NCBI GenBank assembly: GCA_035293045.1 | Contig: DATDOY010000106.1 | Location: 562-64,561, forward strand | Source: Acidimicrobiia bacterium | GTDB lineage: Bacteria > Actinomycetota > Acidimicrobiia > IMCC26256 > JACPCJ01 | Direction of reading: 5' to 3' | DNA: 64,000 nucleotides | Part shown: positions 46,601 to 54,877 of the stretch, one piece after another | Position numbering within the stretch: the first letter of the stretch is position 1 | Layout: each line of letters begins with the position of its first letter | Notes under the pieces: generated by a model | What the model was told of the DNA's origin: nothing | What the model saw: the letters and a program-made list of their open reading frames with translations, nothing else | Databases searched by the model: none | Program-made: the position numbers and the translations under genes

Positions 46601-47482
46601 TCAGGCTGAACCCCTCGCCGCCAGGATCCGCTCCGCCCGGCCAACGGTGCCCTGGGCGTCGAGGCGCTCCGCCCACGCGGAATACCCGGGCGTGGCCCCC
46701 CGCCACTCCCAATCGTCGACGGGCCCGACGGGCGCGTCGGTCCGAAGCCGGGCGAGCTCCCGGAACAGAAGGGCGAGGTCCCACTGGTCGGTGAGGACGC
46801 CGGCGAGGCGGGGGGCTCCCCGCACCGGGACGTCCCAGAGCGCCGGGTCCTTGGGGATCGCCTCGAGGTGCTCGTATCGCGAGAGCACGGCGGCGGCCGT
46901 CTTCGCGCCCCACCCGGGCAAGCCGGGGAACCCGTCGGCGCTGTCGCCCACGAGGGCGAGCCAGTCGGGGACCGATGCGGGGGGCACCCCGAGCCGGGCG
47001 ACGATCCCCGCTTCGTCAAAGGTGACGCCCTTGCGGCGATCCATCTGCACAACCCGGCCGTCCACGACGCATTGGGCAAGGTCCTTGTCGGGTGTGCAGA
47101 TCACCGCCTCCTCGACCCGAGGGTCGGCGGCGGCGACAGCGGCGGCGGCGGCGAGGGCGTCGTCGGCCTCCTGCTCGACCATCGCCCACACCGTCACGCC
47201 GAGGGCGTCGAGGGCGCCCTCGAGGAGAGGGAATTGCGTGAACAGCTCGGGTTCGATGCCCGCTCCGGTCTTGTAGCCCGGCCACATGTCGTTGCGGAAC
47301 GACTCGATCACCTGGTCCGTGGCCACGCCGAGGTGGGTGGCGCCGTCTTCCAGCATCGACAGGACGGAGCCGATCACGCCTCGAACGGCCCCCACCTCCT
47401 CGCCCGCCCCGCTGCGATGGCTCGGCACCCCGAAGAAGTGCCGGAACAGCTCGTACGTCCCGTCGATCAGGAACACCCGCAT
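46601..47482 (-). CDS. Stand-alone 5'-3' exonuclease / flap endonuclease (Pol I N-terminal domain family)
   Basis: [33 protein letters not shown], and H3[24 protein letters not shown] trimmed the start to ATG (complement of 47480-47482). Confidence 0.85.
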   Translation of the reverse strand: MRVFLIDGTYELFRHFFGVPSHRSGAGEEVGAVRGVIGSVLSMLEDGATHLGVATDQVIESFRNDMWPGYKTGAGIEPELFTQFPLLEGALDALGVTVWAMVEQEADDALAAAAAVAAADPRVEEAVICTPDKDLAQCVVDGRVVQMDRRKGVTFDEAGIVARLGVPPASVPDWLALVGDSADGFPGLPGWGAKTAAAVLSRYEHLEAIPKDPALWDVPVRGAPRLAGVLTDQWDLALLFRELARLRTDAPVGPVDDWEWRGATPGYSAWAERLDAQGTVGRAERILAARGSA

Positions 47483-47607
47483 CTCGGGGAGCCTACGCAC
47501 CTGCGCCGACGGGAAACCCCCCGATCCGAGGGGGGAACACGTGCGTGCAGCGTCGAAGACGCGTCTCGAGTTCCCCGAATTCGGTGCATCGGGAGGGGGA
47601 GCGACGG

Positions 47608-48708
47608 ATGGCGAGGACCGCCGTGCGTCCGCCCACGGACACACAGAATGCGAACGCCGTCTTCGACGGCTGGTTTGAACGACACAGCGGCGAGCTGCGG
47701 TCGTTCTCGACGCGCCTGACCGGTGACGCGGCGATCGCCGAAGACGTCGTCCAGGAGACCTTCACCCGCGCCTGGTTGCACATCGACGAACTCTCGCGGC
47801 GCGAGGAAGTCGGTCCGTGGCTGTACCGGGTCGCCCGCAACCTCTGCGTCGACACCCATCGCGCGCGGCACCGGGTCGTTCCCTCCGAGGTTGCGGCCAC
47901 CGCCGACAACACCTCGGCGCGGGGCCGCTACGCCGCCGACTACGGCGACGGCATGGACGTCGCCGATCCGGCCCGTCATGTCGAGCGGGCGGAGGACGCC
48001 GAGCTCGTCCGCCGCGCCCTGACCGCGCTGTCGCCGCGCCACCGCGACGTTCTGTTCCTACGCGACATCGAGGGCATGGCGTACGACGAGCTGGGCCGAC
48101 GCCACGGACTTTCGGGAGAGAGTGCGCGGGCCGTGATTGCCCGCGCCCGGCGGCGCCTCCGCGATGAACTGAGGACCTTGAGCAATGGCGCGCTCGGTGT
48201 GGGCGCGGCGTTCCGGGTGCGGGTGGCCGACCTGTTCCGGCGGGCGGGCGCCGACCGGGTCCCCGTTGAGCCGATGGTTGCTGCGGTGGCGCAGCGCATC
48301 GCCGTTGCGGCCGCGGTTGCCAGCATGGCCTTGGGCGGAGCCGCCGCGACGACCCGTCCCGACGGACCCGACGAGCTGCTTCCCCCGTCGACGCCCACCA
48401 GCGAACGGCACGGGGGGACCGAAGCATCCGCGGGGCTCTCGAACCGGGGGACGGCGACCGCGTCGGCCAGCACGGCGCCGCGCGATCCCGCCGATCAAGT
48501 GCCGTCGCCTCGCGTCGTTCTCTCGGCAGGACCAAACGAGGGCCTTGTCGCGAACCCGGCGAGTCCCAGCGGCAGCGGCAACTGGATCGAGGGAACGTTG
48601 GTGTCCGTGCACCCAGAGAAGGCGCCGTCGGCGGCCCGATCGGTCGTCGAGCCAGCGGCGCGGGCGGGATGTGCCACCGCGCCGGACCTTTGTCCGGCGA
48701 CTGAGTGA
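47608..48708 (+). CDS. ECF-type sigma-70 factor with a ~175-aa in-frame C-terminal extension (hydrophobic segment + P/S/T-rich region + terminal CxxxxxxC)
   Basis: GGGAGGGGGA SD before ATG 47608. Sigma region 2: DVVQETFTRAWLHID...WLYRVARNLCVDTHR. Region 4: LSPRHRDVLFLRDIEGMAYDELG...SARAVIARARRRLRDEL. The extension carries MVAAVAQRIAVAAAVASMALGGAAA and ends in ...GCATAPDLCPATE. Confidence 0.8.
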   Translation: MARTAVRPPTDTQNANAVFDGWFERHSGELRSFSTRLTGDAAIAEDVVQETFTRAWLHIDELSRREEVGPWLYRVARNLCVDTHRARHRVVPSEVAATADNTSARGRYAADYGDGMDVADPARHVERAEDAELVRRALTALSPRHRDVLFLRDIEGMAYDELGRRHGLSGESARAVIARARRRLRDELRTLSNGALGVGAAFRVRVADLFRRAGADRVPVEPMVAAVAQRIAVAAAVASMALGGAAATTRPDGPDELLPPSTPTSERHGGTEASAGLSNRGTATASASTAPRDPADQVPSPRVVLSAGPNEGLVANPASPSGSGNWIEGTLVSVHPEKAPSAARSVVEPAARAGCATAPDLCPATE

Positions 48709-48719
48709 GGAGAATCCCG

Positions 48720-48890
48720 ATGCACGTTCGGACAAGTCAGCGGCTCGGACTACGGATGGTGATGGCGGGCGCGCTCGTCGCTGCGGCGTGGCTCGTCCCG
48801 GTTGAGAATGCGGATGCCGACCACGGATTCGTGTGCGTCGGTCCGGCCACCGTGGTCACGATCACCGTCCCCCACATGTGCGTTCCGTAG
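48720..48890 (+). CDS. Small secreted peptide precursor (56 aa; predicted mature ~23 aa with two Cys)
   Basis: A GAGGAGA SD overlaps the sigma stop codon, and the ATG lies 5 nt downstream. Signal-peptide-like MHVRTSQRLGLRMVMAGALVAAAWLVPVENADA, then DHGFVCVGPATVVTITVPHMCVP. Confidence 0.5.
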   Translation: MHVRTSQRLGLRMVMAGALVAAAWLVPVENADADHGFVCVGPATVVTITVPHMCVP

Positions 48891-48938
48891 AGGCGGGGTC
48901 GAGCGCGGCGGGCAGCCCACCATTAGGTTTGCCTGCCG

Positions 48939-49733
48939 ATGCACCTCGATGAGCTGACCGACGTTCGCTACGAGGTCGATCGCGGCCTCGCCTGGATCAC
49001 GATCGACCGCCCCGACCGCTACAACGCGTTCCGCGCCCGCACCGTCGACGAGTTGATCCGATGCTTCAAGGCGGCGTGGGCCGACCACGGCGTCGGCGTC
49101 GTGGCGTTGACCGGCGCCGGCGACAAGGCCTTTTGCGCGGGCGGCGATCAGAAGCAGCGCCAGGAGACCGGCGACTACGGCGAGAGTGAGACCGGCCTCT
49201 TCGAGATCGAGGCCCTTCACCGCGTCATCCGCGAGATCCCGAAGCCCGTCATCGCCGCCGTCAACGGCGTGGCGATCGGCGGAGGCCACGTCCTGCACGT
49301 CGTGTGCGACCTCAGCATCGCTGCCGACCACGCAACGTTCGGACAGGCCGGGCCGCGGGTCGGGTCGTTCGACGCGGGGTATGGGACCGCCTATCTCGCT
49401 CGGGTCGTCGGCGAGAAGCGGGCCCGTGAGATCTGGTTTCTGTGCCGACAATATCCGGCGACCACGGCGCTGGCGTGGGGTCTCGTGAACGCGGTCGTCC
49501 CAGGCGACCGCCTCGTCGACGAGGTTCGGCAGTGGGCCGACGAGATGCTGGCGCTCAGCCCGACGGCGTTGCGGGTCCTCAAGCACTCGTTCAACGCCGA
49601 CAGCGAGTCGATCGCCGGCGTGGGCACCATGGCGTGGGACACGCTCGAGCTCTTCGTGGAGAGCCCCGAGGCGGTGGAAGGCGTGCAGGCCTTCGCCGAG
49701 CGGCGGCCGCCTGACTTCAGCGCCTGGCGGTAG
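48939..49733 (+). CDS. menB: 1,4-dihydroxy-2-naphthoyl-CoA synthase-like crotonase (MenB/BadI subfamily)
   Basis: Long collinear identity with E. coli MenB as I recall it: GAGDKAFCAGGDQK, GGGHVLHVVCDLSIAADHATFGQAGPRVGSFDAGYG, KRAREIWFLCRQY and GLVNAVVP. Confidence 0.75.
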   Translation: MHLDELTDVRYEVDRGLAWITIDRPDRYNAFRARTVDELIRCFKAAWADHGVGVVALTGAGDKAFCAGGDQKQRQETGDYGESETGLFEIEALHRVIREIPKPVIAAVNGVAIGGGHVLHVVCDLSIAADHATFGQAGPRVGSFDAGYGTAYLARVVGEKRAREIWFLCRQYPATTALAWGLVNAVVPGDRLVDEVRQWADEMLALSPTALRVLKHSFNADSESIAGVGTMAWDTLELFVESPEAVEGVQAFAERRPPDFSAWR

Positions 49734-49844
49734 GCACGGACGCCGCAGAGTTCTGCCCAAAAACGGACGATTCGCCCATCCATCCGGAGCGTGTGCTCAC
49801 TTGGCGCTTTCGCGCGGCCACATTCTGTGAGAGGATCCGGCAGA

Positions 49845-52097
49845 ATGTTTGGGAACGCGGGGGGCCGCATCCGGGCGTTTCTCGACCAAGGCGCGTACAC
49901 CGACGCGGACCGGCACATCACTCGCCTGGTCTTCCGCTCCCGCGTGATCGTCCTCAGCGCCCTTGCCGTTGCCGCCGCGACGCTGCCGGAGGCGAGAGCA
50001 GAGCGCGGTGGCGTTGTCCTGTGGATCGTCGTCATCGGGATTCCGTACGCAGCCGCCTTCGCCCTCTACGGGCATCGGATGCGGCGCCTCCCACCGGCCA
50101 TGGTGGTGTTCGAGTCGATCCTTCCTTCGGTCGTGATCTGGCTGTTCCCGGAGACGACGTGGATTCCGATGGTCGTCCTCATGACGGCCAACGTCGGCTT
50201 CCACGCCGTGTTGTTCCCGAGGCGCGTCGCGCTCGGGTCGGTCGTGCTCGCGTGTGTCGGCCTTCTGGTCGTGGGAGTCCTCGTCGATCCGCCCGGGTGG
50301 ACGCTGGCGATCGCCTGCTTGTCCACCATCGGTACGTCGACCGTCATCGCTCTGGGCACCGTGGCGACCGACGAACGCAGCGCCCGGACCCGCTTCGCCA
50401 CCATGATCGACGGCGTCGACGCCGTCCTCATCGAGATCGACATTTCGAGCCGGCGGTTCACCTACGTCAGCCATCAGGTCGAGGCGCTCCTCGGCTACGC
50501 GGCCGAGGAGTGGACCGCCTCGCCGACGTTCTGGATCGATCACGTCCACCCCGACGACGCGCGCCGGTGCCTGCAGGTGTTCCGCGAGGCCATCAACGAC
50601 GGACGCGACTTCGATCTCGAGTTCCGCATGGTGGCCGCCGACGGCCGGGTCCTGTGGTTCCACTGCCGGCTCAACCTCGTGCTCGGGAGTTCCGGCACCT
50701 CGGAGATGTTGCGGGGGGTCGTGGTCGACGTGACCGAGCGGCGGCGCGCCGAGGAGGCGCTGCGCCACCAGGCTCTCCACGACGCCCTCACCGGGCTTCC
50801 CAACCGGGTGCTGCTACAGGACCGGTTGCGCCACTCTGTGTCGACGGCGCACCGCACCAACGAGCCGCTGGCCTTGCTGCTCATGGACCTCGATCAGTTC
50901 AAGGAGATCAACGACACGCTGGGCCACGACCACGGCGACAGGCTGCTGCGCCAGATCGGCTCGCGCCTCCAGCGGGTGCTCCGCGACACCGACACCGTTG
51001 CGCGACTCGGCGGCGACGAGTTCGCCGTCGTCGTGCCGAGTGCGGACCGCGTCGGCGCCGAGATCGTCGCCGGAAAACTCGAGGCCGCGCTCGAACATCC
51101 CTTCCAACTCGAGGACATGACCGTCCAGGCTCGGGCGAGCGTGGGCATCGCGTTGTATCCGGAACACGCCACCGACGCCGAGACGCTCGTGCAGCGAGCC
51201 GACGTCGCCATGTATGTGGCCAAGCGCAACGGTGGTGGGCATGCGGTCTACGACGCCGAGCACGATCGCTTCAGCGTCCGTCGCCTCGCGCTGATCGGGG
51301 AGCTGCGCCGCGCCCTCGTGAGCCGGGAACTCGAGCTCTACTACCAACCCAAGCTCGATCTCCGTGCCGATCAGATCGTCGGCGTCGAGGCCCTGATTCG
51401 ATGGAACCACCCGGAGCACGGTCTGATGGGGCCCGACCGGTTCATCAGCCTCGCCGAGGTCGCCGGCCTGATTCAGCCGATCACCCGCTGGGTTCTCGAC
51501 CGTGCGCTGCGTCAGCTTCGAATGTGGGTGAACTCCGGCATCGAGCTCGGCTGCTCGGTCAACATCTCGGCGCGCGACCTCCACGACGCCGAGCTGCCCG
51601 AGCGGTTCGCCGAGTGCCTCGACCGCTGGCAGATCCCCGCCGAGCGACTGGTCGTGGAGATCACCGAGCACGAGCTGCTTCGTGATCGCGTGCAGGCGGC
51701 CGACACGCTCGGCCGGCTCGCGCGCATGGGCGTGCGCGTGAGCATCGACGACTTCGGTACCGGCTACTCGTCGCTGGCCGACCTCCGGCAGCTGCCCATC
51801 GACGAGATCAAGGTCGACCGCTCGTTTGTCGCGGACATGGCGACCGACGTCAACGACGCCGTGATCGTCCGGTCGATCGTCGACCTCGGCCACAACCTCG
51901 GGATCAACGTCGTGGCCGAAGGCGTCGAGAACGCCGAAATTCGGGCGTGGCTCGATGAACTCGGGTGCGACGAACTCCAGGGTTACGACATCTGTCACCC
52001 GCTCCCGGCGCACGAGTTCGAGCGGTGGCTGCGACAACGCCAACCGGTCGTGCCCGACTCGCTCGACCTCGACGCCGATTTCTCGGCCGCGCTCTAG
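49845..52097 (+). CDS. Membrane-bound PAS-GGDEF-EAL c-di-GMP signalling protein
   Basis: About 5-6 N-terminal TM helices. A PAS-like region (FTYVSHQVEALLGYAAEEW...HPDD). GGDEF domain (HDALTGLPNR, RLGGDEFAVVV). EAL domain (EALIRW, DDFGTGYSSL, KVDRSF, AEGVE, QGY). I trimmed the start to ATG 49845. Confidence 0.9.
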   Translation: MFGNAGGRIRAFLDQGAYTDADRHITRLVFRSRVIVLSALAVAAATLPEARAERGGVVLWIVVIGIPYAAAFALYGHRMRRLPPAMVVFESILPSVVIWLFPETTWIPMVVLMTANVGFHAVLFPRRVALGSVVLACVGLLVVGVLVDPPGWTLAIACLSTIGTSTVIALGTVATDERSARTRFATMIDGVDAVLIEIDISSRRFTYVSHQVEALLGYAAEEWTASPTFWIDHVHPDDARRCLQVFREAINDGRDFDLEFRMVAADGRVLWFHCRLNLVLGSSGTSEMLRGVVVDVTERRRAEEALRHQALHDALTGLPNRVLLQDRLRHSVSTAHRTNEPLALLLMDLDQFKEINDTLGHDHGDRLLRQIGSRLQRVLRDTDTVARLGGDEFAVVVPSADRVGAEIVAGKLEAALEHPFQLEDMTVQARASVGIALYPEHATDAETLVQRADVAMYVAKRNGGGHAVYDAEHDRFSVRRLALIGELRRALVSRELELYYQPKLDLRADQIVGVEALIRWNHPEHGLMGPDRFISLAEVAGLIQPITRWVLDRALRQLRMWVNSGIELGCSVNISARDLHDAELPERFAECLDRWQIPAERLVVEITEHELLRDRVQAADTLGRLARMGVRVSIDDFGTGYSSLADLRQLPIDEIKVDRSFVADMATDVNDAVIVRSIVDLGHNLGINVVAEGVENAEIRAWLDELGCDELQGYDICHPLPAHEFERWLRQRQPVVPDSLDLDADFSAAL

Positions 52098-52209
52098 CGG
52101 CATCGCACCACCCGGTCCGACCCCTCCTCCTCGACGGATCGCCCCACCCCCGGACGGTCGACCCGGCGGGTCCCGCCCCGGCAGGCCCGAGACTGCTACG
52201 AAGGGCGAC

Positions 52210-53760
52210 GTGGGCGGAGCCCAAAGCCGGCGAACGACCTCGACGAGCACGCGGGCCGCGGCAGCGGTTGCAGCCGTCGTCGTGCTCGCGGCCGCGTGCA
52301 CGTCGGCCAAGACCTCCGTGTCACAGGCGGTACCGGCTGCCCCGGTTCCCCTCGATCAGCGCGACACCGCCGCCGAGGGCTCCGACCGCGATCCGTCGAG
52401 CGGCACGGGAAGACCGTGGAGCGATGTCGTCGAGGGGGTGCTGACGTTCCGGGGAAACCCGACGCGCACGTACTACGGCGAAGGTCCGGTTCCGATGCGG
52501 CCCGTCAGGCTGTGGACCTTCCCTGAGCGCGCCATGTGCTCGGAATCCAGCGAGGGCGACGAGACCCGCGTGTGGTGCGGCACCGGCTGGACGGGCCAGC
52601 CCGCGGTGTGGGAGCGGGATGGGCACACGTGGGTCGCGTTCGGGGCCTACGACCGCGCCGTGCACGTCCTCGACGGGGAAACGGGGGAGCGGCTGCTTCC
52701 GGACTTTCTGACCGGCGACATCATCAAGGGGTCGGTGACCGTCGACCCGGACGGCTACCCGTTGCTCTACACCGGCTCACGCGACGGCAAATACCGCGCG
52801 CTGGCGTTCGATCGCGACGAACTCACCGAGTTGTGGCACATCGACGCGCACGACGTCGCGCCGACGATGTGGAACGACGACTGGGACGGCTCTGGCCTCG
52901 TGATCGACGACGTGTTGTTGGAGGGCGGCGAGAACAGCCGTTTCCACGCCGTCCGCCTGCATCGAACGTACGGCGCCGACAAGCTGGTGACGGTCGATCC
53001 GGAAATCGTGTTCCACACGGCTGGCTGGGACGACGAGTTGCTCTCGGACATCGGCGACCGCCAGGTGTCGATCGAGAACTCCGTGGCCGTGTACGACGAC
53101 GTCGTCTACTTCTCCAACAGCGGCGGGCTCGTCCAAGGGTGGGACATCTCGTCGCTGCTGTCCGACGACGACGACGCCGGCGCACAGGCGGACGGCCATC
53201 GCGAGCCCGAGCGTGTGTTTCGGTATTGGGCCGGCGACGACACCGACGCCAGCATCGTCGTCGACGACGACGGCATGCTCTACGTGGCCGTGGAGTTCGA
53301 ACGCCACACGGCCCGGTCCGCCGAGATCGGCCAGCTCCTCAAACTCGATCCGGGTGCGGACGAGCCGCTGGTGTGGTCGGTCCGCGTCGAGGAGCGGGGC
53401 CTCGAGGGCAAGGGGGGCTTTTGGGCCACGCCGGCGCTCCACCGCGATCTCGTGATCGCCCCCACCCACGACGGACGGATTCTCGGCGTCGATCGCGAAA
53501 CCGGCGTCGTGCGCTGGGAGAAGGATCTCCCCGGCCCGCTCTGGCAGTCCCCGGTGATCGTCGACGACGTCCTCGTGCAAGGCGACTGCGAAGGCGTCCT
53601 CCACGGATTCGACGTGTCGAACACGAAGGTCGTGCCGCCGGAGCTGTGGGAGATCACGCTCGGCGGCTGCATCGAGTCAACCCCCGTCGTGTGGCGCGGC
53701 CGGATCTACGTGGGTTCGCGCGGCGGGTACTTCCATGCGGTGGGTGATCCGGCGACCTAG
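52210..53760 (+). CDS. PQQ-like beta-propeller repeat lipoprotein
   Basis: GTG start, signal peptide and lipobox (AVVVLAAAC). Repeated motifs of PQQ/BamB-like propellers (ALAFDRDELTELW, ILGVDRETGVVRWEKDL, IYVGSRGGYFHAV). Confidence 0.75.
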   Translation: MGGAQSRRTTSTSTRAAAAVAAVVVLAAACTSAKTSVSQAVPAAPVPLDQRDTAAEGSDRDPSSGTGRPWSDVVEGVLTFRGNPTRTYYGEGPVPMRPVRLWTFPERAMCSESSEGDETRVWCGTGWTGQPAVWERDGHTWVAFGAYDRAVHVLDGETGERLLPDFLTGDIIKGSVTVDPDGYPLLYTGSRDGKYRALAFDRDELTELWHIDAHDVAPTMWNDDWDGSGLVIDDVLLEGGENSRFHAVRLHRTYGADKLVTVDPEIVFHTAGWDDELLSDIGDRQVSIENSVAVYDDVVYFSNSGGLVQGWDISSLLSDDDDAGAQADGHREPERVFRYWAGDDTDASIVVDDDGMLYVAVEFERHTARSAEIGQLLKLDPGADEPLVWSVRVEERGLEGKGGFWATPALHRDLVIAPTHDGRILGVDRETGVVRWEKDLPGPLWQSPVIVDDVLVQGDCEGVLHGFDVSNTKVVPPELWEITLGGCIESTPVVWRGRIYVGSRGGYFHAVGDPAT

Positions 53761-53769
53761 CGTTGCGAC

Positions 53770-54429
53770 ATGCCCGCCACCGACATCGATATCGCCGCCA
53801 CCGACCACCTGCTCACCACGACACGTGCCGTCCGTCGCCGCCTCGACGTGACGCGACCCGTCGCGCCCGAAGCGATCAGCGAGTGCCTCCAGATCGCCAG
53901 TCAAGCGCCGACCGGATCCAACACGCAGGGGTGGCGCTGGATCGTCGTCACCGATTCGGAGAAGCGCGCCGCCCTCGCCGACATCTACAGGCGCGGTGCC
54001 GAGGCCTACCTCGCCGCGGCGCGTTCGGGGATTCCCGACGACGATCACCAGACGCTGCGCGTCTACGAGTCGGCCTTCTATCTCGTTGACGTGCTCGCCG
54101 ACGTTCCGGTCCACGTGGTGCCGTGCATCCTCGGGCGCTTTCCCGACGGGGCGCCGAACGTGTTCTCGGCCTCGCTCTACGGGTCGATCTTCCCGGCGGT
54201 CTGGAGCTTCCAGCTCGCCCTGCGTTCTCGAGGGCTCGGGTCGTGCCTCACCACGCTGCACCTCGTCCTCGAGAACGAAGCCGCCGAGCTGCTGGGGATC
54301 CCCGACACGGTCACCCAAGTCGGACTGCTGCCGGTCGCGCATTACACGGGAGACACCTTCCGACCCGTCGAGCGCAAGCCCGTCGAAGAGATCACCCACT
54401 GGAACGCGTGGGACGAGGCGCGATCGTGA
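53770..54429 (+). CDS. Nitroreductase family protein
   Basis: LLTTTRAVRRRLDVTRPV..., ASQAPTGSNTQGWRWIVV. Confidence 0.85.
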   Translation: MPATDIDIAATDHLLTTTRAVRRRLDVTRPVAPEAISECLQIASQAPTGSNTQGWRWIVVTDSEKRAALADIYRRGAEAYLAAARSGIPDDDHQTLRVYESAFYLVDVLADVPVHVVPCILGRFPDGAPNVFSASLYGSIFPAVWSFQLALRSRGLGSCLTTLHLVLENEAAELLGIPDTVTQVGLLPVAHYTGDTFRPVERKPVEEITHWNAWDEARS

Positions 54430-54466
54430 CGCGGCCTGCGGCGTCCTTCGCTCCCGGCGCGCAGCG

Positions 54467-54877
54467 CTACCCGCTCTTGGCGGGGCCGGCGCGTTCGATG
54501 GTCACCCGAATCAGCACCCGGCGTTCCTCCTCCATGGCGCGCCGGTAGTCGTCCCAGTCCTCGTGGTGACCGGCGACGCGTCGGTAGTAGTCGACGAGCG
54601 GCTCCATGGCCTCGGGGAGGCTGAGGATGTCGGCGGTGCCGTCGATCTGGATCCAGTGCCCGTAGAAGGAATCGGTGAACGCGCAGATGGTCGCGCGCCC
54701 GTCGCGGCGGAGGTTGCGCACCTTGTACGCCGTCTCTCGACTGCTGACAACGGCGCGCCCTTCGTCGTCGACGCCGACCGCAACCGGCGACGTCTGGAGG
54801 CCCCCGTCCTTGCGGTGTGTGACGAGTACAGCGCGATGGTGTTCGCTGAGAAAGGTCCTGGCTTGATCGAGATCCAT
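54467..54877 (-). CDS. PPOX-class (pyridoxamine 5'-phosphate oxidase fold) probable F420-dependent oxidoreductase
   Basis: MDLDQARTFLSEHHRAVLVTHRKDGGLQTSPVAVGVDDEG... is typical of the PPOX/FDOR split-barrel family. I trimmed the start to ATG (complement of 54875-54877). Confidence 0.8.
   Translation of the reverse strand: MDLDQARTFLSEHHRAVLVTHRKDGGLQTSPVAVGVDDEGRAVVSSRETAYKVRNLRRDGRATICAFTDSFYGHWIQIDGTADILSLPEAMEPLVDYYRRVAGHHEDWDDYRRAMEEERRVLIRVTIERAGPAKSG

Noticed and set aside
48180-48708. Separate anti-sigma factor gene (ZAS type) downstream of the ECF sigma
   Set aside because: The reading frame is continuous with the sigma domain. There is no start/SD signature at the junction and no HxxxCxxC motif. 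I therefore treat it as a fused extension, flagged as a finding with the frameshift caveat.
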